From Raillietiella orientalis (lineage: Eukaryota), in NCBI GenBank assembly GCA_036172245.1, contig JAYWIR010000017.1:1302001-1366000 (forward strand): a stretch of 64,000 bases of DNA, given 5' to 3'. Positions within the stretch are counted from its first letter, which is position 1, and every line of letters begins with the position of its first letter. Below the pieces are notes generated by a model. The model had not been told where the DNA came from and ran no database searches. It saw only the letters and a list, made by a program, of their open reading frames with translations. Shown here in pieces: positions 55,198-64,000 of the stretch. The translations under genes were made by a program, and so were the position numbers.

Positions 55198-56631
55198 ATG
55201 GCAGAAAGAAGGAAGCCGAAAAAACGTAAGGAATTGCAAGTATGTAAACGACCCATTCGCATGGACGTAAAAAGTGAAAGATTTATGAATAGTAATGAAA
55301 TATGTATTAATAATGAAGTACACTGTGGCAATGCTTGTTGAAATGTACTGCAGTTCTAAATTCTGTAGCTTAACCTTCTGCTCCTCGTGCTTGGTTTAGC
55401 CGAACTTGAAAGTTTATCGTTTTCAGGAAAAAATCCCACTTTCGCAGAAACCGTCCAAAAATGAGTATAGGGTTGCCAAATATCTGAAACAACACTTACC
55501 AACCAAAAAAACCAAGTTTCTAAACTACGTTGTTGAATATTTTATTGGTAAGAACGTTGTTTATTTAGTTTCATTCAGTACTTCAGTGTTTCATAGCGGT
55601 CAAAGCAGTAGATCTCCTTATGGAATCTCCTTGGGCCAAAAAATCCAAGAAATATGATTTCCTTTTTGCTGATAGAACTGCAGTGGTTCAGTTTCTGGAC
55701 TTGTGAGTATCGATTTCTCTTTTTAGTAAATATGTCTTTGTGTTCTCTTGAAAATACTGTATAACCAATAAACTAAATGGAACATTTTTAAATGTAGGAT
55801 GTTACAGCACAAGTTTTTTCATCGGGCAAAAAAAGTACCTGTAGCTCCTAAAGATTTAAGTCTCAAAAGTTTAAAGAAATTAAAGGAAGAAGAAAAGAAA
55901 AGAATTGATAAAAAAAAAGCAATTAAGAGCAAGACTGAATCTGAAGATGATGTAGCAAAAGAACAGAGAGATCTTAAAGAGAAAAAGGAAGAAGAAGAAA
56001 AGAAAGATGATAAGCATGGTGATGATGAAGTGTGCAGACTGAGAAAGAGAGTTCGGCTTGATATGCATCTGGAGCAGTTGTTTGTTGATGGAAATGAGGC
56101 CTATGTATGGCTCTATGATCCTGTTCCATTCTATTACTGGATTGCAGGCCTCTTATTAGTGATTGCTGCTATTCTTATCTGTTTGTATCCCTTATGGCCT
56201 CCTGTGTTCAGGTAATTGAAAACTGTCAAGGCAAATTGAAGTCCACTGTTCCAGGACCAATGTCCAGTATCTTTGCTTTGGTGTAGCTGGCATCCTCCTA
56301 TTAATCCTACCTTTGGCACTTTTGCGATTATTGCTCTTCTGTTTAATTTGGTTATTTAGTTTTGGGAAGCATCATTTATGGATCTTTCCCAACTTAATTG
56401 CAGATGTAGGCTTTTTTGCCTCTTTTTGGCCCTTATATGAGGTAAGTTGCATTTAACTGAGACTTTTGAGGGATGGTTGTGTCTCAGTACAAGTATTATG
56501 GAGAGCCTAAGAAACAGCATTCGGAGCAAGATGGTGATTCTGAAGGAACACAGCGTGAACTTTCAGAAGCTGACGATGAAAGAGAGCCATCAGACTGCGA
56601 GTCTGGGGGCAGCGAACACTTAGAGAGCTGA
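55198..56631 (+). CDS. Sec62: ER translocation protein Sec62, ~337 aa; join(55198..55239,55427..55547,55597..55702,55798..56211,56255..56441,56488..56631)
   Basis: The protein starts MAERRKPKKRKE, followed by KPSKNEYRVAKYL, VEYFIAVKAVDLLMESPW, QHKFFHRAKKV and a K/E-rich loop. It continues RLDMHLEQLFVDGNEAYVWLYDP, TM1 ending CLYPLWP, TM2, then GKHHLWIFPNLIADVGFFASFWPLYEY. GT-AG introns of 187, 49, 95, 43 and 46 nt give a 1014-nt open frame ending in TGA at 56629-56631. Confidence 0.96.
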
Positions 56632-56686
56632 TTATAAATCTTAAGGGGTCAGTAAGTGCATATTGGATAAGTGCCAGATCAGTTTT

Positions 56687-56705
56687 TTTATTAATTATGA
56701 ATAAA
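56687..56705. promoter_or_regulatory. Interdigitated poly(A) signals of Sec62 (+, AATAAA 56700-56705) and TTC36 (-, AATAAA 56692-56687)
   Basis: These are the first canonical hexamers downstream of each stop codon. The Sec62 one lies within the last TTC36 codons. Confidence 0.65.
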
Positions 56706-59700
56706 ATGTCTGGGCTGATTGCTGCATTATCTGGTTGAGATACTGGTTGCATAGAGCAGCATAGGGATTGAGTAGAACAGCCTAAGAGATTCTATTGTTT
56801 TGTTATGCTTCTTATTACCTGTTTCTGAGCAAACACGCAGCCCAGTTTGGCAGCCTCTTCAAAATCTTTTCTTGCTTCCTCTTCTTGCTTCTGCTGAATG
56901 CTCAGACATGCTCTTTGGCAAAGAGCTTTAACTGCTGCATCTCCTTTTCTGTTACTTAGTTTCAGTGCCTGGTCAATATCATTCAGAGAACCTAGCAGTA
57001 TGTCATGTGTAGCAGTATGTCATGATTAGCTAGTCTACCAGCAATGTCCTTCATCAGTATGCGCACTTGTGCACGATTGGTATAACATGAGGCTTTGTTT
57101 GGCATCAGTTGCATCCCATATGTCAATTTCTGAATGGCATCCTCTAGTTTTCCATTTTCTGCATCTTGAATAGCATCTAGTTCAATCTGGCGTACATTCA
57201 TCTCCATCTCTGTGTTTTCATGGTTCTCTTCTGAAAGGTATTCAATGTAACTGTATTTTTATTTAGACATGACATGCATGTGTTTAGTGAGAGGTTTTAG
57301 ATATTTCAATTAGTATTTTTATTTTCATCAGTTCTTACATTGTGAAAGTTCGTTTTGGCGTAATGCAGTCTTTCAGTACTAAGAGAAACAAAAACTAAAC
57401 GATTGAAAATTAAAATTGCTGTCAATCAATTTGTGATTTGACAAAAGTGTTATCTATTACTTTTGTCAAATGAGAGTAAGGGTCTTGTCAAATGTAAAAT
57501 AACAATTTTCAAGTGCGTACATTGTAAATTCGCAATGTGGCTGGTCGTAATGATGAAGTTTCGAATGGGGGGGGGGGGATCTTAGTAATTCTACTCAAGA
57601 AATTTCACAAAACAAAATAGTGCTCGTTGATGTACTAAATCACTCTTTATTGAAATTGCAAGACATCGATTTTGCTTGAATGTGATTTGAAGGACAATGA
57701 ACAATTTGAAAATGCAGTTTTTCGAAGTTGAAACTATTTTAATTAGGCATAGTGCAAGTGAGAGAGTAAATGTGGAGGAGGAATCTCTGATTTAGATATC
57801 TGACTTTCCAGAGTTCTCAAATTGTGTGTCCTCTTCTCTCTTACAAAAAAAAGAGTTTTCTATTCGAGTGAGGTTAAATAAATAGTTCCCAAGTTGTGAT
57901 GTAGATTTGGAATTCAAGTATGGGTGTACCCAAGGTGTTTTGTAACTTTCAGAGTCAGTGTGACAGCTTATGAAACGAATCAGTGAAGTTTTAGAAGGCA
58001 GATGTTATCATTGAAAGGGTAAATTGTTAATGCAGTATTTAGAACAGTGTGCTAAAGAAATCTGATGATGACAAAGTTTTTACCTGAGAAAGTAATTGGT
58101 AAATGTTATTCGTAGTGGGGAATCGCTACCCTAGATCAAACAAAAACAAAGAATCTGAATATTTGATGATTCATGGCGATTTCACAGCTGATTATAAATT
58201 TTAACAGCGAGGCTGGAATCTGAACCCCCTAGCAATGCTTGTTGCCATTTGAGAACAAGCCAGAATCCTAGTTCAAAGCAAAGTCATTTTAATAGTTGAG
58301 CAAGTACTATGTTTGTTTAGCCTTCGTTATTTTACTTCAGAGCCACAGGACGGAAGAAACTACACAAATCCCATGGATCGGACTATAGGGAACCTCCTCA
58401 AGATGTGTAGAACACTTTCTGAACAGCAACAAATCTTACCCGGTAAAGGACTCGAAGTAAAGTAGCGGAGGGAAAACTTAACAAATCATGAAAATAAAAG
58501 CCTATTGGCAAAAAAAGTTTTTTGAAAAGTTTATTCAGAATTCAAGGGTTCAAAATGCACTAATTTCTGCATCATGAAGTGTAATATGCAGGCATTGATA
58601 TGTTTCCATTTCAGAAAATGAGATGTAAATCATGTAATATGTTCTTAATTGCTGAAGGAGAACATACAAAGGAAAAAGCACCAAAATGAGTTGACTGATT
58701 TTTCAAAAATTTTTCGCACCAGTTTCCTTGGTCAGCAGTGTATGTGCTTTAGTTTTCCACCTATTCTCTGAAGAGAAAAGAAAAACTTTGATCCATGTTT
58801 GTGCTCTCGACGGGCTTTTATTTTTCTCAACTTAGAAGTAAGGTTGAACATTACTTTTCTAATAGACGAATCTTGAAAAACGGCAGTAAGCCCGTCATGT
58901 TAGTAAAGTATTCGATTTCACATATGGACATGGAACTGGGCATAAATTTCATATTCTATCATGATTCATTGATGACCTTCCAAAGTGTCAGAAATGATAT
59001 AGAAATAAAAAAGATTCGGATCATTGTGCTTTGTATTTGTATGATTGTAATACGGAATTTTCGGATGTTGCTTTGCGTGGACCAGGGACATTCCTCAGGA
59101 GGTTTAAAAAATTCATTTGCACCTGTAATGTGAGGAATAGAAAAATCTGCCAGAAGGGCGCATGTTAAGAAGTTTTTTTTTTTTTTTTATTCGAGACTTT
59201 TCTGTCAGGCCCAGTTAAGAGCAGAAGGGACCGTGAGCAAACCGTTCCGAAAACTAGGAAGGAAGTTCTTGTTTACGGTATGAGTATGTGATTTATTTTA
59301 GCGATGATGCATAATCCTCAACTTTCTCACTCGGCGTGCTTATGGATGGTCGATCACTTGGAATTCTTTCGATTAGCTTCAGAACTGATCGAATTAAATA
59401 GATTGGAGAGGTAGATTGGGAAGATGTGCTCAGGTTGCATTCTGGAGGTGATCAATTATACGTTTTTGGTTTTGTAATCTTGTTCCAACCGCTCTAATAA
59501 AAAAAAAAGCCTCTCTGATCATCCATCTTTCTGGCAGGTTTTCTGGTCGTCATATTACAAGTGCAAGTGAATTTTAACACTCCTGACAAATATCGCTGCT
59601 TTACATGGAAGTAAAACGTACAGAATCATTTTTCAAGTTTTTTTTTTTTTTTTTTTTTTAAAAAAAAAAGGAAACTTATCGATTCTTATCGATTTGACCA

Positions 59701-60868
59701 AATTTCCACATCATCCAATGTCACAGAAATGAGCGAATGTTTTGCACAACGTTTCATAGATTGTTTTCATTCAACTCTTAATTCTGATTTAAATTTATTC
59801 CCGATTTAAGAAAAAAAATTTGTTCCTTTTTTTCATTTCTCAATATGCGGTTTACATAGTGGAGCGAAATAAGATGAGTACAACGAACAGATCCTAAGAG
59901 AATAACGATTCATCTTCATGAAATGTCCGAGAAGGGTTGGGCAAACTTAAAATGTTGAGCAGTTTGTAGTTTTTGATTTTTCCATCTTTGCCTCATTCGA
60001 ACGGTCGTTTGGGAGTCTTCTTTCATCGGACGAAACGACCACACAGCATTTATAATTTGGGAAGTGGAAGACGGGTGCCAAAGACTTCAAGAACACAAGC
60101 AGCAAATGAAAATGCCGAGACCGAGAGGAGATTGATGCAAGGGATTATTCTCAGAATATTCAGTGAGCGGATGCGGAATCCTTGGCATTGATCTTCAGAC
60201 CAGTTGTCGCCTTGGGAGAAGCGGTCCGCAGCGGAAGAAGTGCCTCTTGCACGTTATCTGCAGCCTCACTCCTCTCGAAGCACGCAGTTCCGCTGCACGT
60301 TAGATTGCCGTCAATCCGGGTGAACTTGGCGAAGACAAGTTCTTCGGCTTCGTTCTTCAGCCGCCCGAAGTGTAAATCGAAATCCCTCGGCAAAGTAAAT
60401 TTGAGTGACGAAAGTTTTTTTTTTTTTTTTTTTTTTTTCCGCATTGGGACTGTTTTGCAAGCAAATGTTAAATTTCACAGATGCTTGCTGCAGACAGACT
60501 TTCCGAAACGTAACTGTGGCGCCTTTCGTCTAACGGTCCATGGTGAATTTTTTTTTCTTTATAATGGTTCACGGCAATTATTTTATCACAAGGCGTCCAA
60601 AGAAGGAAAATGTGAATTCGTATCATTGATTTGAAAGATCAAATACAAATTGTTACACAGCAACTTATCATCATCATTTTTTAATGACATGTGGAATTCT
60701 ACTATTGAGAATGTTTAAATTGGCACAGTTTTGCTCAAAAATGAACAAATTTGCAATCAAATTCTCACCTGCAGGAGCTTCTGGTTGATTAGGTTGAATT
60801 TCCATTTGGAATGGCAAATTCGGGCTGAAAAGTGCATGGAGAACTGCCTGGTCATATGCGCTGGTCAT
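56695..60868 (-). CDS. TTC36: Tetratricopeptide repeat protein 36 homolog, ~183 aa; complement(join(56695..56781,56819..56991,57039..57230,60769..60868))
   Basis: Exon 1 MTSAYDQAVLHALFSPNLPF resembles the TTC36 N-terminus and ends at a G|GTGAGA donor whose phase 1 matches the acceptor before 57230. TPR exons read AENGKLEDAIQKL...PNKASCYTNRAQ and SLNDIDQALKLS..KGDAAVKALCQRA...ARKDFEEAAKLGCVFAQKQ. The diagnostic C-terminus is LNPYAALCNQYL. Introns are 3538, 47 and 37 nt, and the open frame is 552 nt. Confidence 0.92.
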
Positions 60869-62570
60869 ATTGAAACAAACAACTCGATGTTTGTAGCCGT
60901 GCAGTCTGTTGGATGAGTCGACCTTACTGCGGATCTTTGTGAGGCACTCAGCTTTCTCGAGTTGTTCTCGAAATGTTGCTACGACTGTGGGGGGAGACGC
61001 CGCAAAACCTTCCGAGAGGGCATTCCTCACATAGCCTTCAGCAATTTCACGTGCCTGGCTCGGGAAACATACGCACTATCGCAAGTGTACGCGCAACCAA
61101 AGCCACAACCATGTTGTACACTATAAATTAGCGGAAACTGCCTTTTCCGGAAAAGCAGGAATGTGAAAAGTTGTCTTTCGAAAACAATGAATTATTGGTT
61201 ATGTAAAGTAGCATCCCGGATAGGGCAGTGGTGGTTTTGACGTTGTAAGTAATTGTACATTTAAGACGCATGCATTTGTTACGTTGCATTTCCATATTAC
61301 GGTACCAACGTGGCATATCATCATAGTAGAGTACGTGTAAATGATTTGTATCGTTTTCTTCGCTGTACTTGCTCACCCGAATGTTACTTGATGTACTTTA
61401 AGAAAGCGCGCTTCGACTGCCCACCAGGAACGACTCCAGGTTTTATATCTTCGGTCAAGCCCGTGACGTGCACATGCCTAATCTGTAATTCACTGTGTGC
61501 CTTGACGACTGTGTGTTGGTCCAGTTGATTGCTTTCACATTTGCTCTTTCTGGTCCGCAGATGTATGGGAAGTTGCCAAGTGATCACTCCGATTACGCAT
61601 CCGGGAAAAAGTCTGACTGAAACCAAAGTTTCATGGAAATCAAATGGAAGATCTCGAAATTCAGTTGGAAATCAGTGAAAGCTTACAGATCCAACACCGA
61701 ACAGTGAGATTAAATCGCGAATGCAAATGTAATTGTACTCAGTTCTGATCCTAATTTTTTTTTTTTTTTTTTTTTTTAAAAAAAAAAGAGACTACTTTTA
61801 CAAATCAGTGTCCACACAGAACTTTCAAACTGGATACCAACTAGGTGTGTCAGCTAGTTAGCTTTTGGCCGGCTTTCACATTTTAAGTGGATGACGGAGA
61901 AAATGTATTCGTCCTGAATTTGTAAAGCAGCGAAATGTCCTCGCTCTATTCTTCTTTTATTTTCTAATAAAGTATTCTTTTCGGTGTTCAATTCTTTTTC
62001 TTCAGTTTATTCCAAATCTCCCGCAGGCCATGGTTGCAGAACATCACTTAAAATTTGTTCTCGGAAATCTCAGCCCATGAAATCGCAAGCACGAGACCGA
62101 GCTGCGTGGTACGTGAAAGAATTTTTTTTTTTTTTTTTTGCCTGGCAGCGGAAGGTGAGAGAGAGGAAAATAAAAAATGAAATTCTTCCGAGCCGCAAAC
62201 TGGAGTGGCTAGAATGTGCGATCCGCAGTGGAGAATAGAAATGGAATGCAAGAAGGCAGATTCCTTGTTTTTTTGAGGTCGGAGGAGGCATCTGGCAAAA
62301 ATGCGGATTTATCGCTACGGGGTTCTTCTTGCATGTCTTGGCATTTATTTCAGCTGAAAGCACACAAAAGTGAGGAGCAGGACAAAAACAACCAATCTTA
62401 TTTCATAGGAGTGAACTGGTAGAGTTGCTAGCACCACTCCGAGTGGCGAAGGATTGAAAATTCATCGCTGGTGCCGTTGTCGTTTCGGCTTGGAAGAAAG
62501 ATGAGCCGCTCATGCTTCCCAGGAAGAATTTTTAAACCCTGATTGATTCTAATAACTGTGTACTCCTATG

Positions 62571-62833
62571 TAACCAAGGAGTTGCACAAGAAGAATACTC
62601 CGCCCAGACGACGCACGGCTCCCTGCCCGCAGAGACTCGAGGTCGCCGAGACAAGGGGGGAGCCGCGAACGGCCGAAGGCGACCTCCCTGCCCCTCCCTT
62701 TATCTGGGCTGTTTCCGGCGAAGACGGGGGGCGGAGAGAGGGCGCTCCGCGGATAAGGAAGCTGCGCTGACCCCTCTGAGCGCGGCCTCCATCCCGGGAG
62801 TAGGAGACGTTCGGAGGGTTTAACCAAGGAGTT
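62571..62833. mobile_element. GC-rich 237-bp insertion (62584-62820) flanked by a perfect 13-bp direct repeat (putative TSD)
   Basis: TAACCAAGGAGTT occurs at 62571-62583 and at 62821-62833. The sequence between is sharply more GC-rich than both flanks. Confidence 0.7.
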
Positions 62834-64000
62834 CATTTGCCCAAGAAAAACTTCATCCAGTGCTTGTGTTCCCCATGGCCTCCGAATCAGGAAACAAAAA
62901 AGCTTCGAAAATTAGTGGATCTTTTCCCGATTCTTTAGAAAGTTTTTTTTGGTCTTTACGGTCCATTTATGATGAAAGTCATGATTCGACACCATTGTTT
63001 CTTATGTTATACTTGAAATCATAAATTATCTGCGAGAGGAAGCACTTAAATCCAAGAGTGAACCAAATATTACGTTTTGATGGATCCATCAAGCTGAGAC
63101 ACCTCAGTACGGTTCTTTTTCAGTTTTGCCTGGAAATCATTCTTGGATCCAGTAGATACGGACAGCTTTTTCTCTCACAGCCGAGGAGCTCAAATTGGCT
63201 CGCAGCCTTGGTTTTTCGGGAGCCAAAGGTGTATCCTTAAGTGCTCCACGAGTTCATAGCACCAAAGAGTTTTCAGATATAGAAGAATCAAACCCAAGAT
63301 GTGATCGACAAACCAAATCAAGTCACTGCGCAATCTCAGCTGACCTTGCTTAACCTTTCATGTTTAGTGTTAAGGATTCTGTTTCTCTGTTAATGGGCCA
63401 ACTTGTCGTGTGGGTGCTAAATCGATTATTACCTATCGGGGTCAACTCATAGGTCTGAGTTTTCGAAGCCATTTCATGATGGATTTAATTCTTTTGTCGC
63501 AAACAAAACAAAACATGGCGATGGCAAAAAGTTCAATACGGAAGGTCTGCATGTTCCTCGGATATTTTCAGAAGGCCCCCTCAGTTTGAGAGCTTTCGAG
63601 AATCTTCTGCTGCTTTACACCTTTATCCGTCCGATAAATATAATTTAGAGATTTTCCAAAGCATGATTTTCACATAAACTTTAGCTAAAAACTTCCTCTA
63701 GTTTCAATTTTATTTTGATTATGGTTATAAGGCAGTGGGTGGTGAAAGTCATTGCTATAACCATTATGTAACCACGTAGTGACGTATCTTTAGTGGATTT
63801 CTTTCTGTGGTAATACTCGATTCCCTCCATTTCCTTATGTGTTGTTTCGCCATTTCTTCCCTTCCTTATCCACTCTTCCATCCTGTACTTTCATGAAATT
63901 TCAAAAGCAGCAAACAGTTGTGTTTGAAAATTTCGATGCTTTAGGGATTCTTTATCCTACAGAAAGGCTTCGATGATATGAATTGTTCAGGTGTATTCAT

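Noticed and set aside
1..64000. CRISPR array, tRNA/rRNA genes, prokaryotic operon or defence system
   Set aside because: No regularly spaced repeats, cloverleaf or rRNA signatures, or long intronless gene clusters were seen. All real genes have spliceosomal introns.

Overview
Eukaryotic genomic DNA, very likely from an arthropod, with two compartments. About 1-43 kb is a moderately GC-rich graveyard of decayed non-LTR retrotransposons (L1/Tx1-like, RTE-like, I/Jockey-like and unassigned pieces). It also holds a hAT-type MITE with TIRs and an 8-bp TSD, a beta-tubulin pseudogene fragment, and one intact neuropeptide gene. That gene is an AKH/RPCH-family precursor predicted to release pQVNFSTGWamide, with two coding exons at 3165-2986 and 2382-2314 on the minus strand. 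About 44-61 kb is AT-rich and holds three compact housekeeping genes rebuilt exon by exon: Rpn6/PSMD11 (+), Sec62 (+) and TTC36 (-). Ten of their 13 coding introns are only 37-49 nt. Sec62 and TTC36 converge with 63 bp between stop codons and interdigitated poly(A) signals. A GC-rich 237-bp insert bounded by a perfect 13-bp direct repeat lies at about 62.6 kb. I found no CRISPR array, rRNA, tRNA or prokaryotic system, and cannot support a wholly new multi-gene system. Family assignments come from remembered motifs, not database searches.
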